From NCBI RefSeq assembly GCF_003116585.1, contig NZ_QEHM01000003.1, positions 24,916 through 48,915 on the forward strand: a stretch of 24,000 nt of DNA. Direction: 5' to 3'. Made by a program: the position numbers and the translations under genes. Below are positions 9,914 to 17,280 of the stretch, piece by piece. The stretch is from Albibacillus kandeliae (GTDB lineage Bacteria > Pseudomonadota > Alphaproteobacteria > Rhodobacterales > Rhodobacteraceae). Every line of letters begins with the position of its first letter. Position 1 is the first letter of the stretch. The notes below the pieces were generated by a model that worked only from the letters and a program-made list of their open reading frames with translations, was not told the origin of the DNA and did not search any database.

Positions 9914-10690
9914 ATGCGCATCGTCCTGATCAACATGGCCGACCAGACCCGCCGCCTGGCCTTTCAGCAGCGCCAGCTCGGGCATCTCCGACTGAGCTTC
10001 GAGCGCTTCGAGGCCATCACCCCCGAAACCCTGCCCCCCTATTATCAGGCCATCGACCGCACCCGCTGGGAACGCACGGTCACCCTCGCGGAAATGGCCT
10101 GCCTCGCCAGCCACCGGACCGTCTGGTCCACCGTGGCCGAGGGCACCGATCCTGTCCTTGTCCTCGAAGACGATATCGTGCTGGCGGGCGCGCTGCCCGA
10201 CGTCCTGTCGGACCTCGAACAGCGGACGGACATCGAACACCTCACCTTCGAGGTGCGACGCCGCAAGAAGCTCATCGCGGCCGAGCCCGCCTTTACCAGC
10301 GGCGGCATCGCCATGCACCGGCTCTGGCTCGACCGTTCAGGCGCGGCCGGCTACGTGCTCTGGCCCGCCGGGGCCCGCCGCCTGCTCGCCCACAGCGAGG
10401 GCCGCCCCCATCTCGCCGATGGCGTGATCTGTTCCTGCCCCGATCTGCTGAGCTATCAGGCCGTGCCCGCCCTCGCGTTGCAGGCCGACCGCTGCGCCGT
10501 CTACGGCATTCCCGCCCCGATCGACACCAGTTCCAGCCTCGTGCGTCCGCGCGGCAGGAAGGCCCGCAAGACCGGCGGCCAGCTCATGCGCCGAGTCGCC
10601 GCTCAGGCGCGGTCCGGCGCGCGGTTCGGCAAGATGCTGGGCGGAGCCCAGCGCCTTCACGTGCCGGTCGACCGGGCCATGTTCATCTGA
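9914..10690 (+). CDS. glycosyltransferase family 25-like (LOS/LPS biosynthesis type) protein
   Basis: 'MRIVLINMADQTRRLAFQQRQL...FERFEAITP', 'EMACLASHRTVWSTVAEGTDPVLVLEDDIVL', and 'GYVLWPAGARRLL' match the GT25 pattern. Confidence 0.8.
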   Translation: MRIVLINMADQTRRLAFQQRQLGHLRLSFERFEAITPETLPPYYQAIDRTRWERTVTLAEMACLASHRTVWSTVAEGTDPVLVLEDDIVLAGALPDVLSDLEQRTDIEHLTFEVRRRKKLIAAEPAFTSGGIAMHRLWLDRSGAAGYVLWPAGARRLLAHSEGRPHLADGVICSCPDLLSYQAVPALALQADRCAVYGIPAPIDTSSSLVRPRGRKARKTGGQLMRRVAAQARSGARFGKMLGGAQRLHVPVDRAMFI

Positions 10691-10696
10691 AAGCGC

Positions 10697-11428
10697 CTAC
10701 CACCACGCGGTGCGCCCGCGGTGATGCAACCGGCGCATCCGCGCAAACGCGGTATCCTCGTCCTGCAGCCGCAAGAACACGTGCTGCACGATCCGCCCCA
10801 GCGCGCTGTCCTTCGCCTGACGGTCGATCCGCCAGCGCAGGTTGCGCAGCGTATCGTCCGTGCCCACCGTCAGCATCGAAAGCCCGCTGAAGATCGGCAC
10901 AAGATACTCCTGCAGGTGGGCAACCTTCTCCTCATTCACCGGCGGCGCGCTGACATCGGTGATGTAGCGCTCGGACTCGTAGGTCTTCATGGTGTTGACC
11001 ATCATCGAGACGGACAGCGCCATCGCCCGGTTGGCCCGGTCCGGGTCATGGTCGGCAAAGCTGTCGGTCGCGGCCACGACCCAGCGCAGGTTCAGATGCT
11101 CCAGCAGGAACTCCGCCTCGGCCTCCCACATCCGGCGGAACGCGGCAAAGGCCTCGTCGGCCTTGAAATCCCGCCGCATCAGCACGATCAGCTTCGCATG
11201 TTCGAACACCAGTTCGGGCTGCCCCGAAAACTCGCTTCGCAGCGCGTCGAGATGGCTCTGCAGGTCATCGCTCGACCCGCGAGTCTGGCGCGCCTCACCC
11301 GCCTCGATCAGCGTGGATTTCAGCGCCTCGTACTGCCCGTCGATCTCGGGCAGCGCAGCCCCCGCCCGGCGGCGGTGCCGTTTCAGGGAAAAGAACTTCT
11401 CCCAGCGCGCCTTGTCGCGTTTCACCAT
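10697..11428 (-). CDS. hypothetical protein
   Basis: 243-aa uninterrupted ORF filling the space. No family recognised; helical, charged composition. Confidence 0.7.
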   Translation of the reverse strand: MVKRDKARWEKFFSLKRHRRRAGAALPEIDGQYEALKSTLIEAGEARQTRGSSDDLQSHLDALRSEFSGQPELVFEHAKLIVLMRRDFKADEAFAAFRRMWEAEAEFLLEHLNLRWVVAATDSFADHDPDRANRAMALSVSMMVNTMKTYESERYITDVSAPPVNEEKVAHLQEYLVPIFSGLSMLTVGTDDTLRNLRWRIDRQAKDSALGRIVQHVFLRLQDEDTAFARMRRLHHRGRTAWW

Positions 11429-11523
11429 GGTCCCGACCTCTCTGGCTGTCCGGTCACGAACCGGCTTTCGCGCGCCGCGTCAAGGCGACGATGGGGGCAG
11501 GCAACCGCCCGCCCCCGCGGCCC

Positions 11524-12177
11524 TCAGGCCGGGTCCTTGGCAAAGCGCAGGTAGGGCAGCGCCTTGTTCAGCGTGCCGTACTTCGCCTCGGCCGCCGCAT
11601 CGTCCAGCGACAGCGCGACGATCACGTCCTGCCCCGCGGTCCAGTTCGCCGGGGTGGCCAGCGGCACGCCATAGGTCTTCTGCAGCCCGTCCAGCGCGCG
11701 CAGCACCTCGGCAAAGTTGCGCCCGACCGACATTGGGTAGGTCATGGTCAGCTGCAGCTTCTTCTCGGGCGAGATGATGAACACCGACCGCACCGTCGCG
11801 GTATCGGCAGGGGTCCGCCCGTCGGGCAGGTAGGCCTCGGCCGGGAGCATGTCGAAAGCCTTGGACACCGCAAGGTCACTGTCGGCGATGATCGGGAACG
11901 AAGGCGTCGCGCCCCCGGCAGTCTCGATATCCGACTTCCAGCGCTTGTGTTCCTCGACGCCGTCGACCGATACGCCGATCACCTTGGTTTTGCGCTTGGC
12001 CCACTCGTCGGCCAGCTGCGCAACGGCGCCGAACTCGGTCGTGCAGACCGGGGTAAAGTCCTTCGGATGAGAGAACAGGATCGCCCAGCTGTCGCCGATC
12101 CAGTCGTGGAAGCTGATGCTGCCCTGATCGGTCTCCGCCGTGAAATCCGGTACGGTATCGTTGATGCGCAGGCCCAT
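11524..12177 (-). CDS. 1-Cys peroxiredoxin (Prx6-type)
   Basis: 'AILFSHPKDFTPVCTTEFGAVAQLADEWAKRKTKVIGVSVD' and 'PIIADSDLAVSKAFDMLP...RSVFIISPEKKLQLTMTYPMSVGRNFAEVLRALD'. Confidence 0.93.
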   Translation of the reverse strand: MGLRINDTVPDFTAETDQGSISFHDWIGDSWAILFSHPKDFTPVCTTEFGAVAQLADEWAKRKTKVIGVSVDGVEEHKRWKSDIETAGGATPSFPIIADSDLAVSKAFDMLPAEAYLPDGRTPADTATVRSVFIISPEKKLQLTMTYPMSVGRNFAEVLRALDGLQKTYGVPLATPANWTAGQDVIVALSLDDAAAEAKYGTLNKALPYLRFAKDPA

Positions 12178-12365
12178 GTGGTCTCCCCCTCTTGCTGCGT
12201 GTGCGACTCGGTCCCCGGAAACCTAGTCGCTTCCCCCGCACGTTTCATCCCCCCGCGCCGCGCCATTCTTGCGCAGGCTCCCTTGCCCCGGCCCTGACCC
12301 GGTGACACAGTGACGCCGAATCCCCTGACCGCCCGGTCGGGAATCGAGATGATGGGAGAGACAAA

Positions 12366-13805
12366 ATGATCGAGAAGCGCCAATTCTACATCAACGGCGA
12401 GTGGGTCGACCCGGCCGTTCCGAATGACTTCGAGGTGATTGATCCCTCGACCGAGGAAGCCTGCGCGATCATCTCGCTCGGCTCCAAGGCCGACACCGAC
12501 GCCGCCGTCGCGGCCGCCAAGGACGCGCTGCCGGGCTGGATGTACCTGCCTGCCGAAGAGCGGATCGCCTACGTCGAGAAGCTGCTCGCGATCTACGACA
12601 CCCGCGGCGAGGAACTGGCGCAGGCGATGAGCGCCGAGATGGGCGCCCCGATCGACATGTCGCGCACCCAGCAGGTCGGCTCCGGCTCCTACCACCTCAA
12701 GAACTTCATCCGCGCGGCCAAGGAAGTGCCGTTCGACAAGCCGCTCAGCGACCGGTTCCAGAACGACCGGATCATCATGGAAGCGGTCGGCGTCGCGGCC
12801 CTGATCACCCCGTGGAACTGGCCGATGAACCAGGTGACGCTCAAGGTCGGCGCCGCCGCCATCGCGGGCTGCACCATGGTCCTCAAGCCCTCCGAGCAGA
12901 GCCCGCTGAACGCGATGGTCTTTGCCCAGCTGATGCACGAGGCCGGCTTCCCCAAGGGCGTCTTCAACCTCGTCAACGGCGACGGACCGGGCGTGGGCAC
13001 CCAGCTCTCCGGCCACCCGGACGTCGACATGGTGTCCTTCACCGGCTCGACCCGCGCAGGCATCGCGATCTCGCAGAACGCGGCCAACACGCTGAAGAAG
13101 GTTCACCTTGAACTCGGTGGCAAGGGTGCCAACGTGATCTTCGCCGACGCCGACGAAAAGGCGGTGAAGCGCGGCGTGCTGCACATGATGAACAACACCG
13201 GCCAGTCCTGCAACGCGCCCTCGCGCATGCTGGTCCAGCGCCCGATCTACGACCAGGCGGTCGAGACCGCGGCAGAGGTGGCCAACAGCATCACCGTGGG
13301 CAACGCCCATGACGAGGGCCGCCACATCGGCCCCGTGGTGAACGAGGTGCAGTTCAACAAGATCCAGGACCTGATCCAGAAGGGCATCGACGAAGGCGCC
13401 CGCCTGATCGCCGGTGGCACCGGTCGCCCCGACGGCATGAACCGCGGCTTCTACGTCAAGCCGACGGTCTTTGCCGACGTGAACAACGAGATGACCATCG
13501 CCCGCGAGGAAATCTTTGGCCCCGTTCTGACCATGATCCCCTTCGACACCGAAGAGGAAGCGGTCGAGATTGCCAACGACACGCCCTACGGCCTGACCAA
13601 CTACGTCCAGACCCAGGACGGCGAGCGCGCCAACCGCATGGCACGCAAGCTGCGCTCGGGCATGGTCGAGATGAACGGCCAGTCCCGCAGCCCGGGCGCG
13701 CCCTTCGGCGGCATGAAGCAGTCCGGCAAGGGCCGCGAAGGCGGCGTCTGGGGCATCGAGGACTTCCTCGAGGTCAAGGCCGTCGGTGGCTGGGCCGCCG
13801 AGTAA
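12366..13805 (+). CDS. aldehyde dehydrogenase family protein
   Basis: 479 aa; 'ITPWNWPMNQVTLKVGAAAIAGCTMVLKPSEQSP', 'FTGSTRAGIAI', 'LELGGKGANVI', catalytic Cys in 'NNTGQSCNAPSRMLV', 'EEIFGPVLTM'. Confidence 0.95.
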   Translation: MIEKRQFYINGEWVDPAVPNDFEVIDPSTEEACAIISLGSKADTDAAVAAAKDALPGWMYLPAEERIAYVEKLLAIYDTRGEELAQAMSAEMGAPIDMSRTQQVGSGSYHLKNFIRAAKEVPFDKPLSDRFQNDRIIMEAVGVAALITPWNWPMNQVTLKVGAAAIAGCTMVLKPSEQSPLNAMVFAQLMHEAGFPKGVFNLVNGDGPGVGTQLSGHPDVDMVSFTGSTRAGIAISQNAANTLKKVHLELGGKGANVIFADADEKAVKRGVLHMMNNTGQSCNAPSRMLVQRPIYDQAVETAAEVANSITVGNAHDEGRHIGPVVNEVQFNKIQDLIQKGIDEGARLIAGGTGRPDGMNRGFYVKPTVFADVNNEMTIAREEIFGPVLTMIPFDTEEEAVEIANDTPYGLTNYVQTQDGERANRMARKLRSGMVEMNGQSRSPGAPFGGMKQSGKGREGGVWGIEDFLEVKAVGGWAAE

Positions 13806-13868
13806 CCTCCGGCCCTCATCGCAACGGACCGGCTTCGCCAATCTGCGACGCTGACGATCAAATCAAAC

Positions 13869-13898
13869 CCTGCCGCATCTTTTGCGGCAGGGTTTTTC
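13869..13898 (+). terminator. Intrinsic terminator downstream of the aldehyde dehydrogenase gene
   Basis: CCCTGCCGC-ATCTTTT-GCGGCAGGG followed by TTTTT. Confidence 0.9.
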
Positions 13899-14073
13899 TT
13901 TCAGCATTAACGACCAATTTAGAAAACCATCGCAATTTAAGAAGAACCACCTGAATACCCGTGAATTTCCCCAAACGTTTCGAAGCCTCGGGCCTGTCGC
14001 GAGCCTCATGGCTTCTGGAGTGACCCAGAACATAGAATTGTCTTTTCATTTCACCGGCTGAAGATGAGGGAAA

Positions 14074-14484
14074 ATGGCTAAGCACAGGCCTTTTGACATC
14101 TTCCCAGGCCCGATGCCCGACGAAGACATATACCGGACTCTAGGAATTGAGCTTGAACCCGGTGAGGTCAAGTTCTCGGCGGCGGCCCAGAAGCATGCAT
14201 TTAAGCGTCACCCCAATGATGTACCGCGCATCGTTCCACACTTGTCTCAGATCATCTCATGCCCCACCTACCTCGGCGATGACCACAGAAATGCAGAAAA
14301 AATCGAAATCGTTGGCCGAATTCCGGGTGTTGGCGGTGCAGCCTTGATCGCGCTCACCATTCAGAAGAATGAGGCGGATGGCTTCTATCATGTCTGCTCT
14401 AGTTACTTCATCACTCAGTCAGAACTCGACAAGAAGCGGCACAAGGGAATTCTGAAGATAGTCAAACCAAGGCCCAAGCCTTGA
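14074..14484 (+). CDS. Putative stand-alone BECR-fold (PBECR-type) nuclease/toxin-like protein
   Basis: 136 aa; good SD (GAUGAGGG) before ATG. 'FSAAAQKHAFKRHPNDVPRIVPHLSQIISCPTYLGDD..AEKIEIVGRI..GGAALIALTIQ..ADGFYHVCSSYFITQSELDKKRHKGILKIVK' fits the phage-Barnase-EndoU-ColicinE5/D-RelE-like nuclease pattern. Confidence 0.5.
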   Translation: MAKHRPFDIFPGPMPDEDIYRTLGIELEPGEVKFSAAAQKHAFKRHPNDVPRIVPHLSQIISCPTYLGDDHRNAEKIEIVGRIPGVGGAALIALTIQKNEADGFYHVCSSYFITQSELDKKRHKGILKIVKPRPKP

Positions 14485-14528
14485 CACACCAAGGGGCGGC
14501 TACTATCTCCATTCGCAAGTTCTTGAAA

Positions 14529-14681
14529 GTGTAAGGTGAGAACACCCGCCTCACACACCGTCGCAAGACGGTAAAGTAGGTCCAAGGACCGAAGAGATAC
14601 CGGATTTGATGGCATTGCTGTCAAATGAAAACTGGGACCCGGTTGCACTTTCGACATAGCCCCGCCTCTGGCGGGGTTTTT
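14529..14681 (+). ncRNA. Candidate structured RNA with four hairpins followed by an intrinsic terminator
   Basis: Stems 14529-14558, ACCGTC-GCAA-GACGGT (14557-14572), GGTC-CAAG-GACC (14579-14590), TTTGATGGC-ATT-GCTGTCAAA (14605-14625) enclosed by ACCGG/CCGGT (14599-14603/14639-14643), then the terminator. Confidence 0.4.
14660..14681 (+). terminator. Intrinsic terminator at the end of the low-GC islet
   Basis: CCCCGCC-TCT-GGCGGGG followed by TTTTT. Confidence 0.9.
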
Positions 14682-14818
14682 CTTTTCCTGCCCGGTGCAG
14701 CGAGACGCGTCGAGAAGAGGGTGGATTCTTCTCGCAATCGCTTACACTTGCCTTTGGGGATTCGGTGCGGGAGGAGGGCCGGATTGGCCACCCTTGCGCG
14801 CCCGGACAGGGAAGGGTC

Positions 14819-16612
14819 ATGGCGCGGCTACTGGACATATTGCTGTCGACCGGCATGTCGCTCGACGACCTCGGCAGCCTGCACATCCGCCGGGGCGAGA
14901 CTCTGATCACCCAGGGCGCGGAGTCGCACGCCGTCTACTTCGTGCTGGCTGGACGGTTCCGGGTCGAGCGCAATGGCGAGACCGTCGGCCACATCGAGGC
15001 GGGCAGCGTGGTGGGCGAGATCGGCTTTTTCACCGGGGCCACCCGCACCGCCAGCGTGATCGCCTACCGGGATTCCCTCGCCCTGCGGCTGACGCGGGAG
15101 GCCTACGAGAGCCACTGCGCCCGCCTGCCCGACCTGCGCGAGGCGATCATCGCCGAACTCGCCTCCCGCCTTGCCGACCGCTACCGGGGCGCCGACACGC
15201 GCACCGCCAGCAACACCCGGCCGCGAACGCTCTGCCTGATGGCGGCGGGCGGCGCACCGGTTCCCGAGCGCTTCACCGACATGCTGATGACCGCCCTCGC
15301 ACCGCTGGCCGACGCGCGGCTGATCACGCTCGACATCTTCCGCTCTTCCTCGGGCAACCTGCCCCCCGACAGCGCCGCCGCGACCGACTGGTTCAGTCGG
15401 ACCGAGCGCCGCGCCGGGCTGACCCTCTACCTCGCCGAGGGCGGCGACGACTGGCAGCAGGCCTGCGTGCGCCAGTCCGATCAGGTCCTGCTGGTCGCCC
15501 CGCCCGGCGCGCCCCTGCCGCTCTCTCCCGGCGAGCGTTTCGCGCTGACCCAGACCTCGCCCGACCAGCGGCGGCTGGTGCTCCTGCATCGCCGCCGCCG
15601 CCCGCTGGTCGCCGGAACCCGCGACTGGCTGCGATCGCGCCCCGCCTCGATGCACCACCACGTAACGCTGCGCGACACCGCCGACGTGGCCCGGCTCGCG
15701 CGTTTCCTCGCCGGCAGCGCCGTCGGGCTGGTCCTGTCGGGGGGCGGGGCCTATGGCATGGCCCATGTCGGTGTCCATACCGGGCTCTACCGCGCCGGGC
15801 TGCGCTTTGACGTCTACGGCGGCACCAGCGTCGGCGCCGCAATGGCGGCGGCCTTTGCCCTCGGGCTCGCCCCGCATGACGTGACCCGGCGCACCGGCGA
15901 CATCTTCCTGCGCAGCGGCTCTCTGCGCCGCGTGACCCTGCCCCGCTACGCCCTGCTCGACCATCGCCGCTTCGACGCCAAGCTGGCCGAGCACTTCGGC
16001 AGCACCGACATCGCGGACATGTGGCTGCCCTTCTACGCGGTGACCACCGACCTCACCACCAACCGCAGCCGCACCCTGCGCACCGGCCCCCTGTGGGAGG
16101 CGATCCGCGCCTCCAGCGCGCTGCCCGGCATCCTGCCGCCCTTCATCCGGGGCGATGGCGACCTGATGGTCGACGGCGGCCTGCTCGACAACCTGCCCTA
16201 CCGCGCCATGCGGACGATCAAGGCCGGGCCCAATGTGCTGGTCTCGCTCGAACGCGCGCGCGCGCCCGAGGCCCACTACAACTACGCCCGCATCCCGGGC
16301 CGAGCAGGCGTGCTGCTGGGGCTGCTGCGCCCCGGCCTCTGGCGCGAACCGCCCGCCCCCGGCATCGCCGACACCATCATGCGCAGCATGCTGGCGGGCC
16401 GCACGGACCACGCCCGCGACCTCTGGCCACAGGACTGGCTGCTGACCCCGCCGCTGCCCGACGAGATGAGCTTCATGAACTGGAAAGCCGCCTTCGGCCT
16501 GACCGGCCCGGCGGAGGACTACGCCCGGATGATGCTGCGCGACCTCACCGCCCACCGGCCGGACCTGCTGGAGGCCCTCCGCCTCGGGGCGGAGAGCCCG
16601 TCGCCGCCCTGA
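14819..16612 (+). CDS. Cyclic nucleotide-binding domain + patatin-like phospholipase fusion (NTE/RssA-like)
   Basis: N-terminal cNMP domain 'LHIRRGETLITQGAESHAVYFVLAGRFRVER...GSVVGEIGFFTGATRTASVIAYRDSLALRL'. C-terminal patatin 'VGLVLSGGGAYGMAHVGVHTGLYRAGLRFDVYGGTSVGAA...DGDLMVDGGLLDNLPYRAMR'. Confidence 0.92.
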   Translation: MARLLDILLSTGMSLDDLGSLHIRRGETLITQGAESHAVYFVLAGRFRVERNGETVGHIEAGSVVGEIGFFTGATRTASVIAYRDSLALRLTREAYESHCARLPDLREAIIAELASRLADRYRGADTRTASNTRPRTLCLMAAGGAPVPERFTDMLMTALAPLADARLITLDIFRSSSGNLPPDSAAATDWFSRTERRAGLTLYLAEGGDDWQQACVRQSDQVLLVAPPGAPLPLSPGERFALTQTSPDQRRLVLLHRRRRPLVAGTRDWLRSRPASMHHHVTLRDTADVARLARFLAGSAVGLVLSGGGAYGMAHVGVHTGLYRAGLRFDVYGGTSVGAAMAAAFALGLAPHDVTRRTGDIFLRSGSLRRVTLPRYALLDHRRFDAKLAEHFGSTDIADMWLPFYAVTTDLTTNRSRTLRTGPLWEAIRASSALPGILPPFIRGDGDLMVDGGLLDNLPYRAMRTIKAGPNVLVSLERARAPEAHYNYARIPGRAGVLLGLLRPGLWREPPAPGIADTIMRSMLAGRTDHARDLWPQDWLLTPPLPDEMSFMNWKAAFGLTGPAEDYARMMLRDLTAHRPDLLEALRLGAESPSPP

Positions 16613-16630
16613 CCCGGGCGGCGGCCGTTC

Positions 16631-17083
16631 CTACAGCGCCACATGCTCCACCACGATCTGCGGCTCGCCGTTCGACGTGCGGTAGAGCGATTGCCCCCGG
16701 TCGTCGATCACACCGCTGACCCGGCTGCGGAAGGCCGAAAAGCTGTCAAAGGTCACCACGTCCACGGGCTCGTCGAACTGCAGCGTGATCCGCGAGTAGG
16801 GCGACTGCTCGGCATGGGTCATGCCATAGACGTAGCCGGTGAACGGCTGGCCCAGGTAGCGCCCCGTCACCCGGTCGCCCACGGCAAGCGGACGGCGGTT
16901 GTGGGTGCGCGTCACCGCCTGCGCCCGCAACGTGTTCCAGTCGCGCGCGCCATGCTGGCGGGCGATACGCTCCAGCGCGTCGGAGTGGCTGATCTTGGTT
17001 CCGGCCTCGGCCAGGGTGGCGCGCAGACGCCGCGCCTCGGCTTTCAGCTCTTCGATACGGTCATTGGTATCGGTCTTGGTCAT
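16631..17083 (-). CDS. Small protein with 'glyoxalase superfamily'-annotated N-terminal helical motif and a small C-terminal beta-rich region
   Basis: 'RIEELKAEARRLRATLAEAGTKISHSDALERIARQHGARDWNTLRA' matches the short conserved domain seen in proteins annotated this way; start at MTKTDTN. Confidence 0.6.
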   Translation of the reverse strand: MTKTDTNDRIEELKAEARRLRATLAEAGTKISHSDALERIARQHGARDWNTLRAQAVTRTHNRRPLAVGDRVTGRYLGQPFTGYVYGMTHAEQSPYSRITLQFDEPVDVVTFDSFSAFRSRVSGVIDDRGQSLYRTSNGEPQIVVEHVAL

Positions 17084-17280
17084 CGTCGTGCCTCGCAATA
17101 CGGGCATGCATCGATTTGGCGGGTGCTCGCGTTACCGACCTGAACACATGCCATCGAAAGGGCGTCAGATGTGCCGTGCGGGTTTCACCATGGCGTGCGC
17201 CAGCGAGCGGCAGGGGACCCGAACCTGAGCCCGCAGATAGGAGCTTGGGACTGGTCCGTCAAGATCCGCGCGCTGTGGCC

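Noticed and set aside
11979-13841. 620-aa minus-strand ORF opposite the aldehyde dehydrogenase
   Set aside because: Shadow frame of a confident dehydrogenase gene. It also reads through the intergenic region and peroxiredoxin start.
13858-14085. 75-aa minus-strand ORF over the islet leader
   Set aside because: Overlaps the terminator, the leader hairpins and the start of the toxin-like ORF. The translation looks non-specific, and it is weaker than the plus-strand interpretation, though an antitoxin role cannot be fully excluded.
14415-14657. 80-aa minus-strand ORF over the structured element
   Set aside because: Overlaps the 3' end of the 14074 ORF and the hairpin series; no coding signature or SD seen.
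14529-14681. Possible tRNA, SRP RNA, 6S RNA, tmRNA or CRISPR tracrRNA identity for the structured element
   Set aside because: No tRNA T-loop/anticodon layout, no SRP GGAAG/GCAGCC core, no tmRNA acceptor features. No CRISPR repeats or cas genes are in the window.
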